Positions 20,003 to 28,536 of a DNA stretch of 64,000 nucleotides are shown in pieces. The notes beneath the pieces are model-generated. The model had not been told where the DNA came from and searched no databases. It saw nothing but the letters and a program-made list of their open reading frames with translations. Each line of letters starts with the position of its first letter. Position 1 is the stretch's first letter. The stretch is from Candidatus Nanopelagicales bacterium. Lineage in GTDB: Bacteria; Actinomycetota; Actinomycetes; S36-B12; GCA-2699445. The DNA is taken from assembly GCA_037045355.1 (NCBI GenBank), contig JBAOHO010000008.1:105331-169330 (forward strand), read 5' to 3'. A program made the translations under genes and the position numbers.

Positions 20003-20249
20003 GATGAACTCCTCAAATGCCGACCGGGAAGCGACCCGCGAAGCTCCGAGTGGCCAACGCGTGTGAGAAGTGATTGTGAGTGTCGCGTGATGGTTCGCGC
20101 AACCACAAACCATCCGGATGCGGACATTCTTCGGTGATCCGGACCAGGTGGGTTCGCTGAGCCGCCGAACAGTCCGGCTGCCGCGGGCCGATCGCTGGGA
20201 ATGACAGGTCGACCCGCGGGATGACACATGTGCGTGCCAGCATGGCTCT

Positions 20250-21857
20250 GTGACCTCACCCGAACCTGCCGCGGCCCCGCACTCGGACAGCGGCGCCGCC
20301 CCGGAGCGCGAGTCGCTGGGGATGCCGCTGGTCGCCCTCATCATGGTGGCCGCGGTGGCCAACCTGAACCTCGCGGTCGCCAACGTCGCGCTCCCGGACA
20401 TCGGCAAATCCTTCGACTCCTCACAGACCGCGCTGAACATGATCGCCATCGGCTTCTCGCTGGGGCTGGCGGCCTCGGTGTTATACCTGGGGGCACTGGG
20501 AGACCGGCACGGCCGAAAGGGCTTGATGCTGCTGGGAATGGTCTTGTCGATCCCCGCGTCCTTGATGGCTGCCTACGCCCCCAACGAATGGGTGCTGGTG
20601 GGTGCCCGCATCTTCGGTGGGGTGGCGGCGGGAATGGCCTTCCCCACCACTCTGGCCCTCATCACCGCGATCTGGGCGGGATCCTCGCGGACCCGGGCGA
20701 TCGCGCTGTGGTCCGCGGTCGGCGGTGGCGTCATGGCGCTGGGGCCGCTCGTGTCGGGGGCCCTTCTGGAGAGCTTCTGGTGGGGTTCGGTCTTTCTCAT
20801 CACCTTGCCGTTGGCGGTGATCGCGCTGCTTCTCGGAGCGAAGTTCGTTCCCGCCCATCTCGACGAGTCGACCCAACCCGTGGACAACATCGGTGGCGTG
20901 TTGTCGATCGTCATGGTGGCTGCGCTCGTCATCGGCATCAACTTCGCCCCGGTCCCGGGTGCGCTGCCTTTCGCGCTCGCGCTCGCCGGGATCACTGTCG
21001 TGGCGGGCGCCCTCTTCGTCGTGCGTCAGAAGCGCGCGCCAAACCCGCTGTACGACCTCGACTACGCGAAGCGCCGAGTCTTCTGGGTGGCGGCATTGGG
21101 CGGGATCATCGTCTTCGGCAGTTTGATGGCATCGATGTTCGTCGGGCAGCAGTACCTGCAGAACGTCTTGGCCCTGTCCACGTTCGAGGCTGGCGCTGTC
21201 CCGCTGTCGATCACGGCCGGGATGCTCGCGGTCGCCGGCCTGTCGGCCAAGTTGGTGGAAAGCCGTGGATCCCGCTTCACGTTGCTGTCCGGGTTCCTGT
21301 TCATCATGATCTCGTTCACCCTCATGCTGGTCGTCTGGACTGAAACCACCTCGATTCCCGTTGTCGTGTTCACCTACCTCATGGCAGGTATCGGAGTGGG
21401 CTTGGCCGGCACTCCTGCCTCCCACTCGCTCACCAGCTCCGTGCCGACCGACCGCGCCGGCATGGCGTCTGCGACCGCGGACCTGCAGCGTGACCTCGGT
21501 GGGGCCATCCTGCAGGCGATCCTCGGCGCACTGCTGACCGCCGGCTACGCCGCAAGCTTCGCTTCTCTGGTGGCCCAGGCGCCGCAACAGGTGAGTCAGG
21601 ACGTGCTGGCTCAACTCCAAAAGTCGTTCTCGAGCGCGACGACGTTGGCCGAGCAGTACCCCGAGTACAGCAACCAGATCGTCGAGGCAGCCAAGCAGTC
21701 ATTCCTGACGGGCGCGAACTGGGCCTACACAGCCGGGCTGGTCTGCGCGGCCGTGGGAGCTCTCGTGATCTTCTTCCTCTTCCCCAACCGCGAAGATGAG
21801 CGCGCCCTGCTGCGGCGTTACGCCGAGCAGGACAACAGTTCCATCGAGGTGATGTAG
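20250..21857 (+). CDS. MFS transporter, DHA2 (EmrB/QacA, 14-TMS) type
   Basis: 535 aa with an N-terminal LNLAVANVALPDIGKSF motif and about 14 hydrophobic segments. Its stop codon directly abuts the folB start. Confidence 0.8.
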   Translation: MTSPEPAAAPHSDSGAAPERESLGMPLVALIMVAAVANLNLAVANVALPDIGKSFDSSQTALNMIAIGFSLGLAASVLYLGALGDRHGRKGLMLLGMVLSIPASLMAAYAPNEWVLVGARIFGGVAAGMAFPTTLALITAIWAGSSRTRAIALWSAVGGGVMALGPLVSGALLESFWWGSVFLITLPLAVIALLLGAKFVPAHLDESTQPVDNIGGVLSIVMVAALVIGINFAPVPGALPFALALAGITVVAGALFVVRQKRAPNPLYDLDYAKRRVFWVAALGGIIVFGSLMASMFVGQQYLQNVLALSTFEAGAVPLSITAGMLAVAGLSAKLVESRGSRFTLLSGFLFIMISFTLMLVVWTETTSIPVVVFTYLMAGIGVGLAGTPASHSLTSSVPTDRAGMASATADLQRDLGGAILQAILGALLTAGYAASFASLVAQAPQQVSQDVLAQLQKSFSSATTLAEQYPEYSNQIVEAAKQSFLTGANWAYTAGLVCAAVGALVIFFLFPNREDERALLRRYAEQDNSSIEVM

Positions 21858-22223
21858 GTGGCCGACCGCATCGTTCTCGAGGGCGTGAGCGCGACTGGCT
21901 ATCACGGCGTGTTGCCCGAGGAGCGCCGCAACGGTCAGCCTTTTGTGGTCGACGTGGAACTCGTGACGGATACATCTGTTGCTGCGGACAGTGATGACCT
22001 GGGCGACACGATCAACTATGCGGCAGTGGCCGCTGATGTCCGGGACATCATCACGGGGGAGCCCGTCGATCTGATCGAGACTCTCGCCGAACGAATCGCG
22101 CGGATATGCCTGACGCGCTCCCGGGTGGTGGCCGTTCAGGTCACCGTCCACAAACCGCAGGCACCCGTCGGAGTGCCCTTCACGGACGTGCGGGTCGTCA
22201 TCACTCGCGATCGCGGTGACTGA
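21858..22223 (+). CDS. folB: dihydroneopterin aldolase
   Basis: 121 aa (IVLEGVSATGYHGVLPEERRNGQPFVVDVEL), with the GTG start immediately after the MFS TAG stop. Confidence 0.88.
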   Translation: MADRIVLEGVSATGYHGVLPEERRNGQPFVVDVELVTDTSVAADSDDLGDTINYAAVAADVRDIITGEPVDLIETLAERIARICLTRSRVVAVQVTVHKPQAPVGVPFTDVRVVITRDRGD

Positions 22224-22725
22224 CGTGCGAGTCGCGCTGTCGGTCGGTTCGAACCTGGGTTATCGCCGCGCCGCGCTCGACCACGCCGTGACTGCGCTTG
22301 GGCAGATGCCTGGCGTAGCCGACGTCCGAGTCTCATCGGTGTACGAGACCGACCCCGTCGGAGGAGTCGAACAACCGGATTTCCTCAACATCGTGGTCGT
22401 CGCGAACCTCGGTGACGATCCCGCTGAAGAGGTGGCGCACGCGCTCCTCAATCTGGCCCGCAACGTGGAGGCCGATCTCGATCGCAGGCGCACCGTGCGC
22501 TGGGGACCGCGGACCGTTGATCTGGACATCCTGGCGGTTGGCACATGGACGAGTACCGATCCCGAACTGACCGTCCCGCATCCGCGTCTCGCGGAGCGCG
22601 CATTCGTGCTGGTCCCATGGGCCGAGGTCGATCCCGACTTCGACGTGCCCGGTCTGGGGGAGGTGACCGCACTGCTGGCGGCGCTGCCGGATTCCGAAGT
22701 GAAGGGTGTGCGGCAGGTGCGCTGA
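22216..22725 (+). CDS. folK: 2-amino-4-hydroxy-6-hydroxymethyldihydropterin pyrophosphokinase
   Basis: Contains VALSVGSNLG, RWGPRTVDLDIL and HPRLAERAFVLVPW. It overlaps the folB stop. An alternative GTG lies at 22225. Confidence 0.88.
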   Translation: MTDVRVALSVGSNLGYRRAALDHAVTALGQMPGVADVRVSSVYETDPVGGVEQPDFLNIVVVANLGDDPAEEVAHALLNLARNVEADLDRRRTVRWGPRTVDLDILAVGTWTSTDPELTVPHPRLAERAFVLVPWAEVDPDFDVPGLGEVTALLAALPDSEVKGVRQVR

Positions 22726-22786
22726 CGGCTGCGCCAGGACATTCGGGCGCGTGGCCTTACGGTTGGGGCGGCCGTACGGTTGGGGC

Positions 22787-23671
22787 GTGAGTGATGATGG
22801 TCGCACCCGAGAGTTCCTCGACCGCTTCGCGGTCACGCCTGTTGCACCCGAGCGCTACACCGGCACCTGCCACCCGGCGTGGCCGGGTCGCGCATTCGGG
22901 GGTCAACTGGCGGCGCAGAGCGTGCAAGCTGCGGCAGCTGCGCTGACCGATGAGTCCTTACACCCATGGTCATTGCACATCCTCTTCCACGCTCCGGTGG
23001 CATCGAACTCCCGGATCGATTACCAGGTTCTCGCGCTGAAGGAGGGCCGGACCCTCACGAGCCGGCAGGTCCGGGTCGAGCAGGACGGCAAACTGCGGGC
23101 AACAGCGGTTGTGCTGTTCGGCATGACGGCAGAGGGACCGGAACACCAGTACCAGCAACCGGATGCACCACCTCCGGCACTCGTACCGCCGGAGGAACGG
23201 CTCATCGATCCCACTTTGGTAGCCCCGGACGCGGACTTCGAGGAGCTCGGCTATCCCGCCGAGTCCCTGGTCGACCTGAGGATCGTGGAGCGGGCCGAGA
23301 GGGGGCCTGCCGACAACTCGGCTGAGACGTCGGACGGCTACTTGCGCAAGGCGTGGATGCGCGTCATCCCGGATCTTCCCGACGACCCCATCACCGCCGC
23401 AGCGACGCTGTGCTACCTGTCCGACATCACGCTGGGAACCACCGCCCTGCAGCCCCACGGCGGCCGATCTCACACCACGGAACTGCAACTCGGCGCCGTC
23501 GAACTGGCGTTGTGGTTCACCGGCCCGGCGACGCTCAGCGAGTGGACCATGTTCGCCCAGGACACCGCCTTCGCCGGGCGCGGTCACGGATTGGCCCACG
23601 GGGTCTTCTTCAACTCGCGCGGCGAGGTCTCCGCGGTCGCGATGCAGAACGCGTTGATGCGACGCCGCTGA
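22787..23671 (+). CDS. acyl-CoA thioesterase II (TesB-like, double hotdog)
   Basis: FGGQLAAQSVQAAA...SLHILFHAPV and a C-terminal GLAHGVFFNSRGEVSAVAMQNALMRR resemble TesB. The GTG at 22787 is chosen, and the longest ORF starts at 22706. Confidence 0.7.
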   Translation: MSDDGRTREFLDRFAVTPVAPERYTGTCHPAWPGRAFGGQLAAQSVQAAAAALTDESLHPWSLHILFHAPVASNSRIDYQVLALKEGRTLTSRQVRVEQDGKLRATAVVLFGMTAEGPEHQYQQPDAPPPALVPPEERLIDPTLVAPDADFEELGYPAESLVDLRIVERAERGPADNSAETSDGYLRKAWMRVIPDLPDDPITAAATLCYLSDITLGTTALQPHGGRSHTTELQLGAVELALWFTGPATLSEWTMFAQDTAFAGRGHGLAHGVFFNSRGEVSAVAMQNALMRRR

Positions 23672-23677
23672 GACGGC

Positions 23678-25477
23678 TCAGCCAGAGTGCCGGCGGAGCA
23701 GAGGAGTGATGGCCTCGAGCACGGTGGCGTCCTCGATTGTCGACGGGACCGATTCAGCCCGGCCGTCCGCGATGCCACGCATCGTGCGGCGCAGGATCTT
23801 GCCGGACCGCGTCTTCGGTAGCGCCGGGACGATCACCACTTCCTTCATCGCCGCTACCGGTCCGACTCGATGACGAACCTCGGCGATGATCTCCGCGCTC
23901 AGTTCCTCCGGCGCCACATCGGCACCTGCTTTGAGCACCACGAAGGCACGCGGGCTCTGCCCCTTGAGGTCGTCCGCGACCCCGATCACCGCGCATTCCG
24001 CGACAGCGGGATGAGTAGCCACGACCGCCTCCATGACACCAGTGGACAGCCGGTGTCCGGCGACATTGATCACATCATCCGTGCGACCCAGTACGAACAA
24101 GTAGCCGTCCTCATCGACGTAGCCTCCGTCGCCGGTTGTGTAGAAGCCGGGGAACGCGGTCAGGTACGAGTCGATGTACCGCTGGTCCGCATGCCACAGC
24201 GTCGGGAGTGTTCCGGGTGGGAGAGGCAGTCGAATGACGATGCTGCCCTCTTGGCCCTCGGGAAGGGGCCTACCTTCGCCGTCCACCACCTGCACGTCGT
24301 ATCCCGGCACAGGGACCGACGGTGAACCCTCCTTCAACGGAAGCGGCTCCAGTCCGCGAGGGTTTGCGGCGATGGGCCATCCGGTTTCCGTCTGCCACCA
24401 GTTGTCGACGACGGGAACATCGAGGGCCTCGGTGGCCCACTGATACGTATCTGGATCCAGTCGCTCGCCGGCCATGAAGAGCGACGCGAGTGACGATGTG
24501 TCGTGGTCGCCGATCAGCGTTGCGTCGGGGTCCTCCTTCCGGATGGCCCGGATCGCGGTCGGAGCTGTGAACAACCCCTTCACCTGGTGGTCGGCGATCA
24601 CCCTCCAAAACGCCGCGGCATCCGGAGTTCCCACGGGCTTGCCTTCGTACAGAACAGTCGTCGCCCCGATCAGCAAAGGCGCGTACACGATGTAGGAATG
24701 ACCCACGACCCAGCCCACGTCCGAGGCGGCCCACCACACATCGCCTGGCCCTATGTCGAAGATGCTCCGCATCGACCACACCAAGGCGACCGCGTGGCCC
24801 CCGTTGTCGCGCACGATCCCCTTGGGCTTGCCGGTGGTGCCAGACGTGTAGAGGACGTACAGGGGATCAGTGGCGTCCAAGTCGGTACAGGACACCGGGA
24901 CTGCTCTGGCCAGCAGTTCTCGCCAGTCATGGTCCCGTTCGCCGAGGTCAGCCGTCAGTTGCTCGCGCTGCCAGATGACGCAGGCGTCAGGGCGATGCCG
25001 AGCGATCGACAGCGCTTCGTCCAGCAGTGGCTTGTAGGGGACCAGGCGATTGGGTTCAATGCCGCACGACGCGGACAGGACCACTTTCGGTTCGGCGTCA
25101 TCGATGCGCAGCGCCAACTCCTCCGCAGCGAAGCCCCCGAACACCACCGAATGCACCGCACCGATCCGGGCGCACGCGAGCATGCCAATGACAGCTTCCG
25201 GAATCATCGGCATCGACAACACGACCCGGTCACCCTTTTCGACCCCCAACTCGTGGAGCGCGCCGGCAAATCGGGCGACGTTCTCGAGCAGTTGCGCGTA
25301 GGTGTAGGTCCGTTCGGTCCCGGTGACGGAACTCGTGTAGACGAGCGCCGCCTGGTCAGCCCGTCCCGCAATGACATGGCGATCAAGGGCGTTGAAGCAG
25401 GTGTTCAGGCGGCCGTCGGGGAACCAGCGGTACAGGGGAGCCGCACTGTCATCCAGAATCATCTGGGGCGGTCTCAC
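23678..25477 (-). CDS. prpE: propionyl/acetyl-CoA synthetase (PrpE/Acs-like AMP-forming ligase), with the conserved N-terminal ~27 codons out of frame upstream
   Basis: Contains YTSGTTGKPKG, SDVGWVVGHSYIVYAPLL, LGRTDDVINVAGHRL and LPKTRSGKILRR, closely paralleling E. coli PrpE. The expected N-terminus MGAYQDTYRQSIEDPAGFW is encoded at 25560-25504 in another frame. Confidence 0.85.
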   Translation of the reverse strand: MRPPQMILDDSAAPLYRWFPDGRLNTCFNALDRHVIAGRADQAALVYTSSVTGTERTYTYAQLLENVARFAGALHELGVEKGDRVVLSMPMIPEAVIGMLACARIGAVHSVVFGGFAAEELALRIDDAEPKVVLSASCGIEPNRLVPYKPLLDEALSIARHRPDACVIWQREQLTADLGERDHDWRELLARAVPVSCTDLDATDPLYVLYTSGTTGKPKGIVRDNGGHAVALVWSMRSIFDIGPGDVWWAASDVGWVVGHSYIVYAPLLIGATTVLYEGKPVGTPDAAAFWRVIADHQVKGLFTAPTAIRAIRKEDPDATLIGDHDTSSLASLFMAGERLDPDTYQWATEALDVPVVDNWWQTETGWPIAANPRGLEPLPLKEGSPSVPVPGYDVQVVDGEGRPLPEGQEGSIVIRLPLPPGTLPTLWHADQRYIDSYLTAFPGFYTTGDGGYVDEDGYLFVLGRTDDVINVAGHRLSTGVMEAVVATHPAVAECAVIGVADDLKGQSPRAFVVLKAGADVAPEELSAEIIAEVRHRVGPVAAMKEVVIVPALPKTRSGKILRRTMRGIADGRAESVPSTIEDATVLEAITPLLRRHSG

Positions 25478-25665
25478 CCAGTCGATGCCATTCGCGGCTT
25501 CACCCAGAATCCCGCGGGATCCTCGATGCTCTGGCGATAGGTGTCCTGGTATGCGCCCATGATCACTCCTGCCTTCGACTCTGTCGGGACCCTAGGACGC
25601 GGCCCCGGGTACCGGCAAGGGCTGTGGCTCAGGCGCGGCCGACCCGGGTTCGTCGTCGTGGGCTT

Positions 25666-25711
25666 GGGGGTCCGGGGGCTGGGGGTGCTCGGGGGCTGGG
25701 GGTGCCTCGGG
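25666..25711 (+). other. G-quadruplex-prone tract (five G5 runs plus a G3) in the prpE / DUF3180 intergenic region
   Basis: GGGGG runs at 25666, 25674, 25681, 25691 and 25698, with loops of 2-5 nt. It includes the 17-nt direct repeat gggggctgggggtgc(c)tc twice. Confidence 0.6.
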
Positions 25712-25835
25712 TGCCTGCCCGAGGTCCGCCAGCCACAGGGGTCGTTGGGCGCTGGGTGATTCCGTGCTTGCCGGGGGGGGGTGGCCTCGGTCGGGGTGAG
25801 GTCTTGTCGGCCTGCCCACGACACCCCCGAACACC

Positions 25836-25890
25836 CCCTGCGACAGTGAAGGCCCCTGCGACAGTGAAGGCTCCCGATGTCAGTGAAGGC
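25836..25890. repeat. tandem repeat, 3 x ~18 nt (core CAGTGAAGGC), upstream of the DUF3180 gene
   Basis: Units are ccctgcgacagtgaaggc, ccctgcgacagtgaaggc, tcccgatgtcagtgaaggc. Confidence 0.75.
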
Positions 25891-25949
25891 TCGACCCAGC
25901 AGCAGTTGGGCTCCGACAGTCGGGGAGTGACCGGTCGTACAGTGGGCGC

Positions 25950-26474
25950 GTGACCCCGACTCGGATTCGCCTGCTGATGTTGATAGCACTCGTCGCCGGT
26001 GTAGTCGGGTGGGCATTGGCGACCCTGGCCGATTCCGTCGCGGGCCGTTACCTGCCGGTTCCACTGTCGGCGGCGGTGGCTGTGTGGATGCTGGCTCTGG
26101 GTCTGGGCATGTGGGCGCTGATCGTCCGTCCGCGCTTATCGGGGCGTCCCGAAACCGCCCCTCTGCCGCCCCTGGTCGCGGCGCGGACAGCCGCGCTGGC
26201 ACTGGCGGCGTCGCGGGTCGGCGCCGGAGTGGTGGGCTTCTACGTCGGCGTGCTGTTGGTCTTCGTCGCCGACCTTCCCGTGCCGGCAGCACAGAGCGGC
26301 TCCCTGACGTCGGGTGCGACAGCGGTCGGTGGCTTGGTGATCGTGGCGGTCGCCTTGTGGCTGGAGCATCTGTGTCGCATCAAGGGAGATGACGATGACG
26401 AGCGGAATGTGGACCTGCGCGGGCTTTCTGGTGGACCCGCGCCGGGTGGGACCGAGCGCACATCCTCTCGGTGA
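25950..26474 (+). CDS. DUF3180-like membrane protein (conserved partner of the actinobacterial folate operon)
   Basis: 174 aa with 4 TM helices, AARTAALALAASRVGAGVVGFYVG and LWLEHLCRI. This family sits directly after folK in mycobacteria. Confidence 0.65.
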   Translation: MTPTRIRLLMLIALVAGVVGWALATLADSVAGRYLPVPLSAAVAVWMLALGLGMWALIVRPRLSGRPETAPLPPLVAARTAALALAASRVGAGVVGFYVGVLLVFVADLPVPAAQSGSLTSGATAVGGLVIVAVALWLEHLCRIKGDDDDERNVDLRGLSGGPAPGGTERTSSR

Positions 26475-26494
26475 GACCCGCGTACCCTGGGGCC

Positions 26495-26797
26495 ATGCCG
26501 CTGGATGAGCCGATAGACGAGTCGCTGGATGATCTGCCGTACGAAGAAGTGAAGTCCCGCGCGATCGCGCTCGCCGAGAAGCGCCACGACATCGGCTTCT
26601 TCTACGACCTGTTCCGACACACACCGGCGATGAACGCCGCTCAGTCCGAGGGCGGTTCGCTCGGTGACTTCTCCGGCAGCATCATCGAGATGGTCGACGC
26701 GGCCCGCGAGATGTTCGGCACCGGTCATGTGGGGGAACTCGAACCGCTGTTCCGAGCCCGATTTGAGGAGTACCTCACCCAGCACGGCACGGGCTGA
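26495..26797 (+). CDS. hypothetical acidic cytoplasmic protein
   Basis: 100 aa from the ATG at 26495. Coding-like G/C at third positions. No family recognised. Confidence 0.45.
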   Translation: MPLDEPIDESLDDLPYEEVKSRAIALAEKRHDIGFFYDLFRHTPAMNAAQSEGGSLGDFSGSIIEMVDAAREMFGTGHVGELEPLFRARFEEYLTQHGTG

Positions 26798-26857
26798 TCT
26801 GAGCCGTCAAGCACTCATCTGACCTGGGCAAACGCCGCGCCTGACCAGGATCCCGAT

Positions 26858-27844
26858 CTAGTCCGCGACGTTGCTGTTGGCGGCGAGGATCTGGCGCACT
26901 CCGTCGAAAGTCAGAGTTCCGAGCGCTGCGCCGTCCGCACCGGTCACGGCCACGCGGCCCGCCGGCGCATCCAAGATCGCCACTGATGCCTCGCGCAGGG
27001 TCGCAGTCACAGGGATTGTCGGCAGAGACTCGGTGCCAACGACCACGGGGTCGAGGTGGGCACTTTCGACATCCATCACCGCCATGAGTTTCAGCAGCCG
27101 ATCCGAACCGACGAACTCGGCGACGAAGTCCGAGGCGGGGTGGCCCAACACCCGCGCCGGAGTGTCGTACTGCTCCAGATATCCACCCTGCTTCATGACT
27201 GCGATCCGGTCACCGAGTCGCACTGCCTCGTCGATGTCATGCGTGACGATGACGGTGGTGGTGCCGAGTTCGCGTTGCAGTTTCAAGAACTCCTCTTGCA
27301 GGTTGCCACGGGCCACAGGATCGATGGCGCCGAATGGCTCATCCATGAGCAGTACTGGGGGATGAGAGGCGAGCGCTCGCGCCACCCCCACCCGCTGTCG
27401 CTGGCCACCGGACAACTGATGGGGATAGCGGGAGCCGTAGAGTTCAGGCTCCAGGCCCACCAACTCCAGCATCTCGTCGGCGCGCTGGTCGATCTTCTCC
27501 TTGTCCCACTGCAAGAGGCGGCACACGGTGCCCACGTTGCGGCGCACCGTCTGATGGGGGAACAGTCCGACCGCCTGGATCACGTAGCCGATCCCGCGTC
27601 TGAGCGCCACCGGGTCGCCGGCCATGACGTCCTTGCCGTCGACGGACACCGTGCCCTTGGTAGGTTCGACAAGGCGGTTGATCATCCGCATCGTGGTGGT
27701 CTTGCCGCAGCCCGAAGGCCCCACCAGGACGCAGACTTCCCCGGCCTTGACGTCGAGAGTCAGATCCTGAACGGCGATGGTGCCGTCACCGTACTGTTTC
27801 TGCACTCCCTCAAGACGAATCATCGATTCAGCGGTAGCGTCCAT
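26858..27844 (-). CDS. osmoprotectant (glycine betaine/choline/carnitine-type) ABC transporter ATP-binding protein with C-terminal CBS region
   Basis: Contains GPSGCGKTTTMR (Walker A), LSGGQRQRVGVARAL (signature) and LLMDEPFGAID (Walker B). GGGAGGG Shine-Dalgarno lies 6 nt before the ATG at 27844. An alternative start is MIRLEGV at 27823. Confidence 0.85.
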   Translation of the reverse strand: MDATAESMIRLEGVQKQYGDGTIAVQDLTLDVKAGEVCVLVGPSGCGKTTTMRMINRLVEPTKGTVSVDGKDVMAGDPVALRRGIGYVIQAVGLFPHQTVRRNVGTVCRLLQWDKEKIDQRADEMLELVGLEPELYGSRYPHQLSGGQRQRVGVARALASHPPVLLMDEPFGAIDPVARGNLQEEFLKLQRELGTTTVIVTHDIDEAVRLGDRIAVMKQGGYLEQYDTPARVLGHPASDFVAEFVGSDRLLKLMAVMDVESAHLDPVVVGTESLPTIPVTATLREASVAILDAPAGRVAVTGADGAALGTLTFDGVRQILAANSNVAD

Positions 27845-27846
27845 GC

Positions 27847-28530
27847 ATGTCCCTCCCGGCGGTCGGCGACGCCCCGAACCCCTGGTTCAGCTGGACGTAC
27901 GTTGAGAACAACGTAGACAAGTTAGTAGCAGCCGGTCAGCAACATGTCGCGTTGACCCTGTGCGCGATGGGACTCAGCATCATCGTGGCCGTCCCGCTCG
28001 CGGTCATGGTTCGGACCTGGCGACCGCTCGAGACTCCGACACTCGTGTTCACCGGCGTGCTCTACACGATCCCGTCACTCGCCATGATCACCGCGCTGTG
28101 GCCGGTGTTCGGGCTGTCGGCGTTGACTGTGATCATCGCGCTTGCGCTCTACGCACTACTTATCATCCTGCGCAACATCCTGGTGGGCCTCGAAGGTGTG
28201 CCGGAGACCGCGGTGGACTCCGCGCAAGGTATGGGGATGAGTCGCCGACGGATCCTGTGGCAGGTGGAGGTGCCGCTGGCCCTGCCCGCCATCATCGCCG
28301 GGATCAGGCTGGCCACGGTGTCCACCGTCGGACTGGTCACCATCGGCGCGCTCGTGGGTTTCGGTGGCTACGGCACCCTGATCCTGAACGGATTCATCAA
28401 CAACTTCTACCACGCCGAGATCATGACGGCGACGATCCTCACGGTCATCCTGGCGCTGCTGTTCGACCTGCTGCTGCAGGGAGTGGAACGACTCGTGACG
28501 CCATGGGCCCATACCCGCGGGAGCAGGTGA
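27847..28530 (+). CDS. osmoprotectant ABC transporter permease
   Basis: 227 aa with 5-6 TM helices and an EAA-like loop (AVDSAQGMGMSRRRILWQVEVPLALP). Confidence 0.85.
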   Translation: MSLPAVGDAPNPWFSWTYVENNVDKLVAAGQQHVALTLCAMGLSIIVAVPLAVMVRTWRPLETPTLVFTGVLYTIPSLAMITALWPVFGLSALTVIIALALYALLIILRNILVGLEGVPETAVDSAQGMGMSRRRILWQVEVPLALPAIIAGIRLATVSTVGLVTIGALVGFGGYGTLILNGFINNFYHAEIMTATILTVILALLFDLLLQGVERLVTPWAHTRGSR

Positions 28531-28536
28531 GGCATC

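Noticed and set aside
25561-26292. Upstream 240+ codons of the ORF 25474..26292 (minus)
   Set aside because: Only its last 28 codons (from the ATG at 25560) look like real protein, namely the PrpE-like N-terminus. The remainder is Pro/Arg-rich and runs antisense through the DUF3180 gene.
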